The notes under the pieces: model-generated
Database searches by the model: none
What the model was told of the DNA's origin: nothing
What the model saw: the letters and a program-made list of their open reading frames with translations, nothing else
Program-made: the position numbers and the translations under genes
NCBI RefSeq assembly: GCF_002105155.1
Contig: NW_019029009.1
Span: 1-64,000 of the forward strand
DNA length: 64,000 bases
Source of the DNA: Lobosporangium transversale
Taxonomy: Eukaryota
Reading direction: 5' to 3'
Shown here: positions 1 to 14,256 of the stretch, piece after piece
Numbering within the stretch: the stretch's first letter is position 1
Layout of the letters: every line of letters begins with the position of its first letter

Positions 1-11
1 TAGTACTGGGT

Positions 12-3000
12 ATGCTAGTAATAGGCTATTGTTTGCCGAAATTTAATTGGAGTCTCATCATTGTCGGTGTGATGGGAATGGGGTTTGGTGGCTTCCTCGC
101 GGCGTTCTACCTACTCGCAGTACCTGAAGATACAAGACTCAAACGAGCGCAAACTATAGCAAATTTCGGCAAGCACCATATTCAACATGTCGACATCGTT
201 GATGGCGTTCCCTCATGGTCAAGTTCAACGCAGAAGGTAGAGGATGAAAAAAAAGGCTTGGCTTTACCTTGGATGATCGAATGGATACTAGCAAGCTTAT
301 TAAACGTCTGTTGAGCTTAGTATATAAGTATAACCCTAACACTAACGTATGCATTTGTTGATGCCTGCATAGAAAGAAGAGATAGTCGCAGAGATCAACG
401 GCGCTGAACACCAACGTGTTTCTATCTCACCAGATATAGATCCAATGGTTGAGGAGATGATCACATATACCGTCAGAGACTTTGTGAATATCCCAATAGG
501 CCTGGTTGCGGAGGGTCAGCACAACATCCCCCTCCGCACTTCACTGGCAACCATGGCTATGAACGTCGCAAATCGCCTATCTAATATGCGGCTGCCAGAA
601 ACAGCGCTACTTGCCGTGTTTGGACTCCAAAACAGTTTTATTGTGCATTTAGTATGAAAATACCCAATATTATCGATCAAAAATTACCTTTGTTTTCCTA
701 TATTTGATATTGATATTGATCTGGGCTCAATGTTCCTATTTCGATGACATAGCGTGCTTACCGTGAGCTCCGTGCGAGCCAATTGCCCATTGCAGAATAC
801 GTCAAAACACATGCCAACCCCGATTCCGTTCTCGGTCGGTGTTATCACAAGGAGGAGAGGCTAAAGCAATTCAGAAGCACTGCCAAGGCTGTATGCCAGG
901 CATTACTGTCTAAGAATGATCAACAATCAGCGGCGCTATTTGCAGTCATGCAGGAGATCATGGCAACACATGTTTTAGAGGCTACATTAGAACATATTTG
1001 CGACCCGGATTATATCAACCTCTCAATCATCGACTATTTCACTACGCCCACGCAAGACAAACCGGGATCTAAATCTGCAGACGACTCTAAAGGTCCATCC
1101 AACAAGAGCGGCAATCCGGAGGTGAAGCCTCAGGATGCTCCTATTTCTAGCTTGGCCGATTCAATTCTTATGAATGCTGCAAACTTGATGGGGAAGTCTG
1201 CGCTAGGAAAGCAAAGCTTTGATTCCGGATCTCAACTACCTACAAGACGACAGTCTACTCTCAAGCATGATTCAATGCCTGTAGCGCCATCGACACTTAA
1301 TGAGGTCAATGGGACAGAAGCATCCCCATCATCCTCATCTTTATCATCATCACCGCAACTTACCACCTTGAAGCAGGTTCTAACAAACAAGAATGATCAT
1401 ATGGACACCTATCAGGACTTTATGGCCTATCTTCAGGTGTGGGATGCAATGGATCTAGTTCAATTCTGGCTCATGAGCGACATTTTCCATCGACAAATTG
1501 AACAGGGAACCTTTGCAAACTTCAGTGATCTTCAACGTGAAGCGTCTAGCATTTATAATACGTACTGTGGACCAGACCCAGATCATGCCATTGTTGGGAT
1601 CACAGATGCCAAGAGCGGAGCATTACTGAAGACCTTAAAGGCTAACCTTCAACGGGATCCAGCAAATTGCTTACGAGAGCCTCAAGAATGGGCATTAGAT
1701 GTTTTGGAAACTCAATATTGGGCCCCATTCAGGATAAAACAAAATACGGACAAAAATGTACAGCAAGCACAGATGACACCCCAAGGTCGGTCGCAACCAT
1801 CTCCGCAAACTGTAGCTAGCCCTAATCTTAGTCTTCACTCTCAGGACATCGGTCAAAGGAAGCCCCACCTAGCAATTAATCACAGCAGCCCTTCACTTTC
1901 TCCTAGGGAGCCTACACCTAAGGAACCTACTACCTCTTCAGTGCTATCTCCGGTGGCTAAATTTATAGCATCCCCACGAACGCAGCCTTGTGCAGTCAAA
2001 GTGACTGATATGACCAACCGGCGACCCAAGACGCTGATGTCAACTACCGATCTACTGTACATGATTGAAGTACAGTCAGAAGGTGGCCAGGGTTGGGTGG
2101 TTACAAGGACATTCCAACAGCTAGAACAACTGCAAGGCGCCCTCGTTCATCAATTCCCCATCGTCCAACGAAATACGTTCCCAAGGTGGAGACTTCAGCC
2201 TAGTGACAAAGTGTGTAATGGCATTCAAACCTTTCTACGGTCGATGTTAGCAATCCCTGAGGTAAGCCAGTCTGCTAGCTTGGCTTGGCTCCTTAGCAAG
2301 GAATACGATCAATATCCGGACGCTATCATGCCTGGCGCAATCACTGGTCAGAATTCATCCTCAGGCTTGATCTCAGCCCTAGCTCCAATTTCAGACGGTA
2401 GTGCAGCTCTGGGAGCAGCTGCCGCACAAGGCGCCAAGACAGCTTTTCGGCAAGCAAGTGAGGCTTCGCTTTCTGCGGGAAGGTTTTTCAAATCCTTAGG
2501 AACAGCCGTGAGCAATATTAATAGCTCCCAAGCCTCTGAAGACCACAGTGTTCGTGGGTCTTTTGAAAGTGAAAGGAGCACCAGGAGCATTAGCAGCATT
2601 TCGACCTTAAACGAATACCGTCAATCAAATGGAAGTTCTCTGGCCTCACCAACGACTCGATTACATGAACAAGAGTTTGATACACACTCTAGAATGTCCC
2701 TTTCCAGCGACAGTACACGGGTTGCTACGCGCAAAGCATCCTTAAGCAATGGACTTTTCAAGGCCGTAGATAACACTACTGCTGTTGCCCAAAGTTCACC
2801 CAATCCATACCTTCAACCTCAGTCGACCGACAGGAACTCCACATTAGTCCATGCACCCATTCCTCGCAGGACTCAAATGCCGTATCAAGGATCGGACTCA
2901 TTGGATGAGTTCTCTTACCAATTGCTAGAAGAGCAAACTCAACCGGATGTGGACATTGCACAAGTTACACCTGAGACATCCGCCGAAAGGGTCCCGGCTA

Positions 3001-3785
3001 TTCCGGTACATTCAACTTCAACGATTAACCCAGCTTCTGTGTCAACTTCTCCAGCAGCACAAACAGGATTACCTTCCTCAGATGAGCCCAAGAAGTCACA
3101 AATGTCGTTGCTCTCTAATGATGAGTTGGATTTATTGATAGAGACTACCTTCACTGTATTAGAAGATATGATGGACTTTTCCAAGAGTCAGTCAATCCGT
3201 CGTATGACTTTTGGTGTACTCCGTGAGCTGGTGCGCAAATCGTATCGGGTCGCAATCAATCAAAGCTTTTCAGCATGGGTGGAGCAGTGTTCTAGTCACG
3301 AGAGCGCTGTAGAGACCGTACGATGGATGAAGGAAGACCTTCTCTGGCCAAATGGAGAATGGCCTGCTGCCCCGACGACGGCTCCAACAATACAGGCAAA
3401 TCCGAATGATGTGGCGTCTGATGAGAGACGAGACTTTCTTCAAATAGGGGGAGATCAGTACGAAGTTGGTAGTGATGGGATTGCAGTCAAGGTGCCCAAG
3501 GTAATAACAACATCAGAAACAAGAACAGCGACTGCAACGCAGCCCACGGGTGCTACTGTTGCTTCAAAATCTGAGCGGACCTTGGAGGAAAAGGTGGCGA
3601 CAAGAGAAAAGGCGAGAGAGCTAGTGAAAATTATGGTTCCAGGTTCATTGGCTACTGTACTTGGTAGAGAAGCTGTCCAGCGTGGACTTATAGATGTTTT
3701 TGAAATGTTTCAGATCAAGGAGCTTAATCTCGGTTTGGCGTTAAGCGTCCTTGAGATGGTAGTGCGTCTTGTATTGACGCGATAA
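12..3785 (+). CDS. PXA-RGS-PX-Nexin_C sorting nexin (Mdm1/SNX13-14-25 family), multi-exon, may start before the window
   Basis: N-terminal hydrophobic segments. Exons ~12-235, 373-651 and 753-3785 are joined by GT..AG introns. PXA-like 'EIMATHVL..ICDPDYIN', RGS-like 'FMAYLQ..VQFWL..IYNTY', PX 'WVVTRTFQQLEQL', Nexin_C 'VFEMFQIKELNLGL'. Confidence 0.8.
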
Positions 3786-4900
3786 GATAGACTTGTAGAA
3801 TACCTGTAGACATCTCCCAACAAGACTTTATATTTCTATTTTATTTTATGCATATCTGTTATAAGAATAAGCTAGGTGTTTGTGCATTCATCCTAATCTA
3901 CGTGTATCTCTCCATAGGTTACCAAGATTAAGCTTTGTTTGCATAGAGTTGTCGGAGAATGGAGTTTTGGGGATGACACAGCCACCACGGTCATTGTGCA
4001 TGAGTGGCTGCGATGGTTGAAGTGTGATTTCTGATGACCAGAATTCCCTTGAATAAGTGTGATACAAAATGAGTAGATTGATTAAATGGGCAGTGACAGT
4101 TTTGTGTTCAGGAAGGACACACGATCAAATTTGGGATTGTTTATAATATGTACACTGTAGTTCTAGATTAACCTCTTTCATTACAGAGAAAATTAAGCTT
4201 TGTTAAGAAAACACGCGATAATGCATGAAAAAAAAGAAAAGAAGGAAAGAAAGAGAAAGAGAGGGAGCTGTTTGCATCCCCTGAGCTAATGAAGAGAATG
4301 AAGAGAGTAGACAGATAGACAAGTCGATAGAAAGGCAATGAAATTAGGCAATCAAGCTTTTCATGTACATGATGTGCTTTATATATGTAGTAAGAAGATC
4401 CCAGAGGATACAGAAAAAGATGGTATATGTGTATGATACATAGGAAATGAATGATTTGGAACCATTCCTCATTGGGCGATCAACAATGTTATGATGAAGC
4501 GTGTCTTGACCAGTATCCCGTCCAGTACACCTTCCATGTCTTCTTTTCTTTCTTATTTTTCTGTTGGAACATCCCATTGTGTTATTGTGCCTTCGCCACC
4601 ATCATCACAACAACAACAACTTCTTCCTCTCTCTTCTTCCTCTTTTTCTTTCTCTCTCTTTCCACTCTCACCTTCTCTTCTCCACACTCTTTCTCTTAAT
4701 CCCCTCTCTCCCCTTTTCTCTTCTTTCCTGTCTTCCCCTGTTTTTCTTTTCTTTTTTTTTTTTTCTTTTTTTTTTTTTCTTTTCATACGGACTGTTATTC
4801 AGCTTCCACCACTCCATAATCGCCTCATTTTATTTCTCTCATTCCTCTTTCAGAAGTGCACATTCCTTGTCTCATTAGTCCCCTCATTACTTTTTTTTTA

Positions 4901-5601
4901 ATGGACATTTTGGAGGGACCTGCTTTGCTGGTCTGCTGCACAGTCACAGGCACCTATTCTGTCTGGCAACAGAGATATCAGCAAGGTACAAATGAAGTTT
5001 TTTTTTTGTTTATTTTTAATTCAACAAGTCAATGAAGAACAAGGATTGAAAAGAAACAAACCCCTTTGCCCTTCACTGTGCCTGTACAGAAATCATTACA
5101 CCATAAAATCATAAAATCATCTTGAAACGTTGTTAAACGAAAGACGTTCTTTTGATTTGATGCGATTTACCTCCTTCTGACCAGATTGTTCTATGCATCC
5201 TTACAGCTTCTGTTTATTCTCAGTCCGTGCTTTTTCAGTTTCATGATATTTTGGTTAACCAAATGTCCCTTTTTTTCTTTTTTTCTTTTTTTCTTTCTTT
5301 TTTTTAGGTAGAATCCATTTGGATGAAACTACTTGGAGATCGTGGAACGAACAGCCGCTCAGAACTATCTGCCGAACAATATACTGGCTATCAGTCTTAA
5401 TTGCCTTAGGATTGCTGATTTCCTTGTCAAATTTCGGAGCACTGCTTGCTTTACTGATTAAAAACCATGATGGTAAGTTTCCGAAATACAGATTACATAC
5501 TCTCATAAAATAGTGCAGTTATAAACTGACATTGGCTTGATGCTATGCACTGTGACAACAATATTGAGAGCCTTGTTACATTGCTTCATGTACCAAAGAA
5601 T

Positions 5602-5632
<31 letters not shown>

Positions 5633-8600
5633 GATTTATCCTTTTCATCTACTCCACTTTTCCATCTTTTTTTTTTTTCTGTGATCTTTAAAAATCATCT
5701 CATTGATTTTGTGTACTATACCTGTAGACGGCTCGTTTTACCAAATTAAGGATATGGGCTGGGTCCTGGCCTCAGCTGGATGTTATGTCCTTGCTTGGAT
5801 TGGTCATTCATACTTCATTCTTCATGAACGACACCAGCCTCAGTTCTCAAAAGTACTCCGTCTCTTCTGGATCTGTGCTTTGATCATCTCCATCATCTCT
5901 TTCTCATCCTGGGCGCAGAATAAATCTGATGGTGTAGGAGCTCACTTGGATGTCTTTACATCCATTATCATCAACATTACTGTGATTGCTCGATTTGTCC
6001 AGAGCTGTATGCTTGTCCTCTTAGGAGCGTTGCAGGAGTATCAATACAGGACTACACGTTCCGCAGACCGGAATGCCACAGAAGATCATATGTCAGCACA
6101 CTCAAATAATGGCACACTTGTACACGATAATGATGGGGACAGCAGTAGTAACAGGAGCAACAAGGGCAAACAAAAGAAAAAAGAAACAGCCAAAAAGGAT
6201 ACAACCACAGCACAGAAAGACTACAAGAGACCAACAACGTTCAGAGAGTTTTACGAACACTGTAGGCGCCTTCGCCCGTTCCTTTGGCCATCCAACTCAA
6301 GGAAACTTCAAGCCCACATCCTGCTTTGCCTCGGATTGTTAGTCATTGGACGTATTGTGAATGTGCTGGTGCCCTGGCAAGTGGCAAACGTAGTCAATGC
6401 GCTGACAAAAGTGGCAGAAGGCGCTCCTGAAGGCAGAGACGGAAACGGTAACCCGCGGTTTGTTTGGAAAGAGATCATGGTATTCATTGGCCTCAGGGCA
6501 CTACAAAGCAACATCGGTGCTGTCGATACGCTTCAAGCACTGCTATGGGTCCCCGTCGGGCAGTTCAACACACGCGAACTGGCAGTGAAGATGTTTGAAC
6601 ACCTGCTCAATCTGTCATTGCGTTTTCATCTTAACCGCAAGACGGGCGAGATGCTACGTGTTCAAGGTAATGACTTTAAAGTGTCGATTGCTTCTGGAGC
6701 TGGACCTTCCAACCCATGCTGATTATGTCTTTTTTTTTTCTTTTTTTTGTATGTGTATAGATCGCGGTGTATCATCAATTGTTACGCTGCTCTCCTCGCT
6801 CCTATTCAATATTATACCTTGTTTGATCGACATTGCTGTGGCCTGCGTGATATTGGCGCGTTCATTTGATATATACTTTGGGATCATTGTCGCAATAACT
6901 ATGATCTGCTATATATATGCCACCATCCTTATGACAGACTGGAGGACACGCTATCGTCGTGAAGCGAACGCTCTAGACAATGTAGTGGAGGGGCGAGCAG
7001 TTGATACGTTACTCAACTACGAAACCATTAAGCTCTTTGCCACTGAGAAATTTGAGACTGAGAAATACGCCGAGGCTATTGATACATACCAGAAGGCGGA
7101 CCGCAAATCTCAGTATACGCTCGCCATCCTCAATACAACCCTCAATCTCGTGATCCAAGGGGGCCTGGCACTTGGATGTCTGCTATGTGCGAAGAGAGTC
7201 GCTGAACACAAAATGGGGGTCGGTGAGTTTGTTCAGTACTATGCATACATTCTTCAGCTTTATGGGCCGCTGACTGTATTTGGCACATCCTACAGATCAC
7301 TTCAGGTATGTTTCCTGCGCAAAATAGAATATGTACCTGTTTCCCTATGCGAATACGCAATCTGTAACTTAATCAATCCATACCTTCCACAACCGATAGA
7401 AAAACTTTATCGACATGGAGAAGATGTTGGATTTGTTCAAGGAGCCTGTCGAGATTCAGGACCAGCCTGAAGCTAAACCACTTGTTATGTCTGGTGGTGA
7501 AGTTGTCTTTGGTATGCATAATAGGAAGAGAAGTATTTGTGAGGATCCTTGTGTAAATTACGATTGCTATGTAAAGTACGCACAGAGATAGTCATAGTAC
7601 TGAAGCGACTTGCTTTTGTTAATATGATGTACAGAAAATGTGTCTTTCGGATATAATCCTCAGAACCCCAACCTGAAGTCAGTGTCATTCAGAATCCCAC
7701 GAGGGAAAAAGCTTGCTCTAGTTGGCCCCTCTGGAGGCGGCAAGTCCACGATTCTACGACTCCTTTTCCGTTTCTATGACCCTACACAGGGCAGGATCTT
7801 GATTGACGGCCAGGACATCAAAAACGTTACCCAGACCAGTCTGCGTAGAAAGATTGGTATTGTGCCACAGGATACGACACTATTCAATCAAACAATTGGA
7901 TACAACATTGGGTATGGTAAAATCGGGCAAGACCATACACAGATCTTTGATCCAACACGATCCAACCTTCCTCGGCAACGCATGCTTATTCAAGGAGGAA
8001 GTTCCGGAAACGGTGACATCGGCAATTTAACACGTAGGATTTCATTCAGTGGGAAATCCTCGAAATCAGGACGTGGACGGACGCATAAGAATGACCCACG
8101 TTCGTCATCGGACAATGCAGGTATTACAGAAGGTGGAGAGGATGCGGATGTTGAAGGCGAGGAGACGGATTATGATGAAGATGAGGATTGGGAGGATGAT
8201 AGTCGTATCCAAGCTGCGGCAGAAGCGGCACGGATCCACGAGATTGTTAATCGATTTCCAGAGGGATACTCGACTCTCGTAGGAGAGCGTGGCATGCGCC
8301 TGTCTGGAGGTGAGAAGCAGCGTGTTGCCATTGCTCGAACTATTCTCAAGAATCCACCCATCTTGCTTCTCGACGAAGCAACCAGCGCTTTGGATACACA
8401 AACGGAGCGTGAGATCCAAAATTCGATCGAATCCATCTCCAAGGACAGGACAACGCTCATGATTGCACATCGACTGTCAACGATTGTTGACGCGGATGAA
8501 ATCTTGGTGATTCAGAAGGGCGAGATTGCAGAACAAGGCAGCCATGAAGAGCTCATGCAGGCTGGAGGGATCTATGCTGCGATGTGGATGCAGCAGCTCC

Positions 8601-8983
8601 GAGAAGACCGGACACTTGTAGGAAGTAGCCATTCGAGTCAGAAGGAATCCTCCAAAGGGGAGGAAGAGTCGGATGAAATTGACTCTTCTGACGGGGAGCA
8701 CAGTGGTCAATCAGGCCGATTTATTAGCCGAAGATGCCATCATAATGAAGGGCATTCTCGTTACCCCTATCAAGGAATGACTGGGGATAGGAGAAGTAGA
8801 CAGATGATGTCTCTCTCGTTGCCTACTTATACGATAGGGCATAATGCCTCAGGAGTGGATATGGACCTAGGATACGCACGGGATATCTTTGATCGACCTG
8901 TAGGATCAGGAGTTGCCATTCAGGACTTCTCGGATGATTTCCTTTACGAAGACGATTTTAATCCAGATACTCCTTCTCAGTAA
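4901..8983 (+). CDS. ABCB6/HMT1-type heavy-metal tolerance ABC half-transporter, multi-exon
   Basis: N-terminal TM extension, '[16 protein letters not shown]', Walker [10 protein letters not shown], signature LSGGEKQR, Walker [17 protein letters not shown]. The ATG at 4901 is an inferred first exon. Confidence 0.9.
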
Positions 8984-9310
8984 CGCCTGAAGTACAGAAG
9001 GATGGTTTTTTTTTTTTTTTTTTTTTTTTTTTCTTTTTTTTATTTTAGCTCTACTGTGTGTATCATATTTTGTACTTTTCATTGTTTGTATGAATATTTG
9101 TTTGTTTGTTTGTTTGTAAGCTTTTCTATTTCTTTGAACACTATTTTGCAGATCTTTAGCTGAGTAAAAAAAAAAAAAAAAAAAAAAATTATACAACTGT
9201 ATAAATGTATGATGTGTGTCATCTGGATTGCATCAAGTATAGATAAATGAGTCAATTATTGGATTTGTGCTTGAACATTTATAATGGGAAAGTAGAAGCA
9301 TGCAAGTAGT

Positions 9311-10189
9311 TTATTTCTTTTGACGATGAACGATGACCTTGAGTTGCTCTAGGACTATGAAGGTCACAATGGTATGAGGACCAAGACGCAAAAATGCTGG
9401 GAGCCAGCCCTTGAAGAGTGCGGTTGGGCCTTCAGTCTTGATAATATGGAAGAACATTTGTGTTGATGAAGTCTAATTTGGGGTTATAGCATGTAAATAA
9501 AAAAAATAAAAATAAAAAAAGGTAAAATGTTCAGAAGTTAATAAAGTTGATGATTCTGGCTCCAAGCTTTTAATGGATTCGAGCAGTTTGCTTACCCCTC
9601 CTCCTGATGAGTTCATGATTCTCGTCTTGAGAACATCCAAGGGAGCACATACAGTGGTCGCAACAAGGCCCTAAAAGGTATGAAAGAAAAAAAAAAAAAA
9701 GAAAAGAAAAAAAAAAACTCAGGATGACATCAAAAAAAAAAAAAAAAAAAAAAAAGTAGGGAGAGAGAAAAAAAAAAAAAAAAAAAAAAAAAAGACTTAC
9801 AGCCAAGAGCGACGAAGCAAAATGTGTGATCAAATTATCCTTGAACCAGGGAGTAGCCAACAACTGACGTTTGAAACCATCGTAGGAAACCAACTGAGAA
9901 CTGGTCATGAGAATAGCTCTGTTCATGTTAGGACCCAATCCTCTCATGAGCTGTGAAGGACCTTCCTCCTTTACGATCCTGTACAGTCCATCGAACGCAT
10001 GCTTGTAATGTCTTCGTTGACTCATGGGCAATTTGCCATCGTTCACCATCCGAATATTGACCACATCAGCCGGGTTGCCGAATCCTCCACCCACACATCC
10101 TGCTAGAACACCACATAATAACATGGTGGTCACTGGAATTCTGCCTAATGAGGGATAGATTTACACATAATAGGCAATAGATAAATAGT

Positions 10190-10221
<32 letters not shown>

Positions 10222-11027
10222 GAAAAGAAAAAGAAAAGAAAAGAAAACGGTGGTAGAAAAGGAAAGGGAAAAATGAAGCGGTTAGTGAGTAAAAAAGATC
10301 AAAGGAACTCCGATCCCCTCTTTCCAAATGCCCGTGTATTATTATTGTTATTGTTATTGTTGTTGACAAAAAAAACTTACTGCCGTCTTTTGGACCAAAC
10401 TTTTCTTTCAACACATCATAAGTTCCAAAACGAACAGTCGAATAGGTTCCTTGACGTAACAGACTCGCAGAGAGACCATTGTAAAGAGCAAAGAAGCCTT
10501 CATGCCTTGCCACATTGATCATTGTCCCGATCATGCCCAGTTGGCTGGCCCCCTGAGTTGTTTGCAACCTGACTTTTGCCAGATCAAAAGGATGTGAAAC
10601 TAAAGCGGCGGAACATGAAGCTGCGCCTAGAATTTTTTAAATAAACATGGATACATTGATCTCTTGATTAGCAAAAAAAAAAAAAAAAAAAAAAAAAAGA
10701 AAAAGAAAAAAACAATTTCTTTTTCCATCTCAGACCAACTTTTTTGGTTCTTGTTTTTATTATTGATCATGTTGCACTTTATGATAAAACTATTTGTTCA
10801 GGATCAGGACCCCAAAAAAAAAAAAAAAAAAAAAAAAAGAGAATGTTCATTGTACATAATGTTTAAAGATATCTGCATGTTTTTGATGATTTACCTCCGA
10901 GCCAAAACGGATCTCTTTTAGTGATAGTTGTCGTAGCAGCAGTAGAAGAATTAATTGTAGAAACTGTCTGCTGGGATTGTTTTAGAGATTGGAGTTGCTG
11001 TTGGACTTGAGTTGTTGCAGTTGCCAT
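9311..11027 (-). CDS. DIC1: Mitochondrial dicarboxylate carrier (DIC1/SLC25A10-like), multi-exon
   Basis: Three carrier motifs (HPFDLAKVR, NPADVVNIR, APLDVLKTR), 'LRQGTYSTVRFG', 'RRHYKHAFDGL', C-terminal 'PAFLRLGPHTIVTF'. Introns contain poly-T runs. Confidence 0.85.
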
Positions 11028-11102
11028 GATGTATGAGTTATTGCAATGCAATGCTTAGGATGATAGAGATATATTTGTCTATTAGAATTAATTGTAATAA
11101 AA

Positions 11103-11133
<31 letters not shown>

Positions 11134-12001
11134 CGAGGAAAAAAAAAAAAAAAAAAAAAAGAAAGAACCAATGAATGGGGAGTGAAATAAATAAACAATG
11201 AAAACAATGAAAACAATGAATGAAAAATGAAATGAATGAATGGATAGATGAATGAACAAAGAAAGATAAAAAGTGGTTCAATGGGTCAAAGAGGAAAGAA
11301 AGAACGAAAAACAGTTTTTTTTTTTTTTATACATTTTAAGGCACCACACAGATCAGCACTTTTTTTTTTTTTTTTTTTTTTTTGTTGCGCCGTAAAAAGA
11401 AAGAGAAAACTTCTTTTCTACTTTACTCATCCTTTCTTTCCTCCTCTTGGCCTCTTTCTTCTCCTCCGTCTCCTTCTCCTCTTTCTCCTTATCTTCCTTC
11501 TCTTCTTGACTACCCCCCCCCCCCGCCCATGATGCCTTCGGTCAGATGCCACGTTTCCCTCCGCATTTCACAATTGTTATTTACATAACTTTGTGGCCAG
11601 GAACTCGATTACATGCAAAGTTATCAGCATTGTGGAGGAGATAAAACTTTACTCTCAGTCGATCCATTGGACGGGCAACTTTCTCTTCTTTCTCTTCACC
11701 TCTCTTTAAAAACATCCCCCACATTGCCATGAAGCTCTCGAACAACTTCCCTCTTCTTCCGGACACTTCCGTATTCAACTAAAAAAAAAAAAAAAAAAAA
11801 AAAAAACTTTTGAATCTTTGCTTATTAAATTTGTCTACTTGCTTTAGAAAAACTATTTAATATATATATATGTTGTTTTGTTGTTGTTGTTGTTTTGTTG
11901 TTATTGCTATTGTAAAGATGTCAAGGGAAGTGGCTGGGATGTCCTTTTTTTTACACATGTCAAGAACTTTGGATACTCAATGAACCGTGGTCGGCGTGTC
12001 C

Positions 12002-13007
12002 TCAGAAACGGACACCTTGACCTTCTCTATTTGCCTGTAACCGCTGACTCCGCCGGACATGAATTCTTTCTCCTCTCAAAACCTCGGAACCATCCCCATC
12101 ATCCATCTCCTCCTGCTTATTATCCTCATCCTCCACCTTCATGCTGCCCAAACCCTTGATTCCATCCTCCTCATCATACGCTTTTGGATAACCATAATTG
12201 CCTCGTCCTCGTTGGTTCGCCCCACTACTGCTGCTGCTACTGCTACCAACCCACGTACTTCGAGCCCCTTGCCCACCATAAAAAGTATTCACAGACTCCA
12301 AATCTGGTATCCCATCATCAGCCTCCCCCCCAGCCTCTCTTCCACCTGAATATTTATCATACTCTTGCTCGGAGATCCCTTGGCGCCTACCACCTCCTCC
12401 AGATCCCTTGTCTGTTGAAGATTGATCAGCTTGCTCAGCTTGCTGGTGCTGCAGTTCTGATTGAGGTCTGTTTTCCTGTACTGGAGCTGGTTGATTCTCC
12501 GCATCTGTATCTCTCATAGCTACTACATCCTCTTGCTCGACGTCTTCCACTAAATTATGAAGCTGCTGTCCTCTCAAATACTCCTGATCGCGCACATACT
12601 GACTCCATCCATTGAGAACCACCACGCTCTCTTTGAATAAAAAGATCATTAATCCTATCCATAGTACTAGGGGATATGATATCTTGAAAAAGAATATCCT
12701 CGATTCACCCTCCAGCCGCAGACCTGCTGCGACTGTCCAGGCGAATATAGCAGGTAAACTGATTACACCAATACTAATCAAAAGGTACGGAGCAAAGAAT
12801 CGCTTTGTTGCATATCCTGCTTTCCATCGCGCAGGATCAGTCGTGACAAAAACTCGGTTTATATCCTGCATTACGGGCAAATCAGGAGTCCTCGATGCTA
12901 TATGATGCATAATCTTCATGTAAATCATTCCAGCAGACCAGCTCTAATATTTCAAAATAATTAAACGTGAATCCAACACACCAAGTAATTTGTTAGTGAA
13001 ATAAAAA

Positions 13008-13042
<35 letters not shown>

Positions 13043-13434
13043 ATTAAATGCATTAAAGATAATTACAATTGACTTACAAAGACAGGTATGATTTCATTCC
13101 TGCCGCTGATCGCAGACCTGAAGGGAATGATAATGAAGAGCTCCACCATTAAGCCGAGTATGAAAGGAAAGATAATACCAAGAAAAGTACCGAAATAAAC
13201 CACGTTGATCGCGCGCTTGCAAAATTTGAAAAGCGCCTTCAACCAAGAACCACGTCGACTGCGTCGAACTCGACGAGACTTTCCCATTTTCTCTGCCCAT
13301 GTCAGGAAATGCCAGATTCCACTAACCAAGTAGACGCCAACAGTGAAAGAGTACACGTCGTGGACCTGTTTCTCTGTTAAAAAACTAAATACGTATCTTC
13401 CACATAGAACTATAAAAAAATGATAAAAATTAAT

Positions 13435-13465
<31 letters not shown>

Positions 13466-14218
13466 TAGAATGCCTCGTCTATAGATTGGTCATTAGTACA
13501 ACCAATGGAGTCAAAAGCTAGAACTTACGTGGGGTAATAACCGACAATGCCAAGAATGTGGTCGTTGTTGTCCAAATCAAAACAATGAATGTGATTAAAC
13601 GGTATTTAAAGTTAGGTGGTGCATAAACAATCACCGTACCCACTCTTGGGTCGATCGGTCCCCGAGGCTCCCTCCCGCGGGGCTGAATCTCCATAAGCGG
13701 ATCAATTTCTCCAGGTTGATCTTCTTTGGGATCCAGTGCCCGTCCTTCAGAGTCGACAGGAACTAGAACTCGGCGGTTTTTCAAGTGCACAATCCGGTCG
13801 GTATTAGGTACTCTGTAAAGACCTCCATCTCGGACGAAAATGACAGGAGCGTCGATGTCGAGTTCCTCACCACTACCTACTGTGCTTGCGTTGGCATCTA
13901 TATCGTGATCGTGTCCATCAAGTTCAGGAATAGGAGGACGCCATCCCAAAAGCCATGCCTTCCATGTGCGATATACAATATGTCCTTCCTCCTCTGGGAA
14001 CCTTTGACCTTCTTTTCCATACATGAATGAGCTTAAACGCATCATCTTAGCAAGCTTGCGCCACCAAAGTTTGAATATGGTGCTGAAAACCTGTGCCGGA
14101 TTGATCCAAGAAAACGTGAACGGCACTACTAAATGGAACAATAGCATATCAATTGGTAGGTCCGAAATTGGCTCGCTAATAAGAAAATATATAAAAGAAA
14201 ATCAACAGTTTGCTCTAA

Positions 14219-14256
<38 letters not shown>

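Noticed and set aside
4344..4901. Many short Phe/Lys/Leu-rich ORFs (also ~11.0-11.6, 42.9-43.9 and 55.5-56.6 kb)
   Set aside because: Translations of homopolymer and pyrimidine-rich UTR or promoter sequence.
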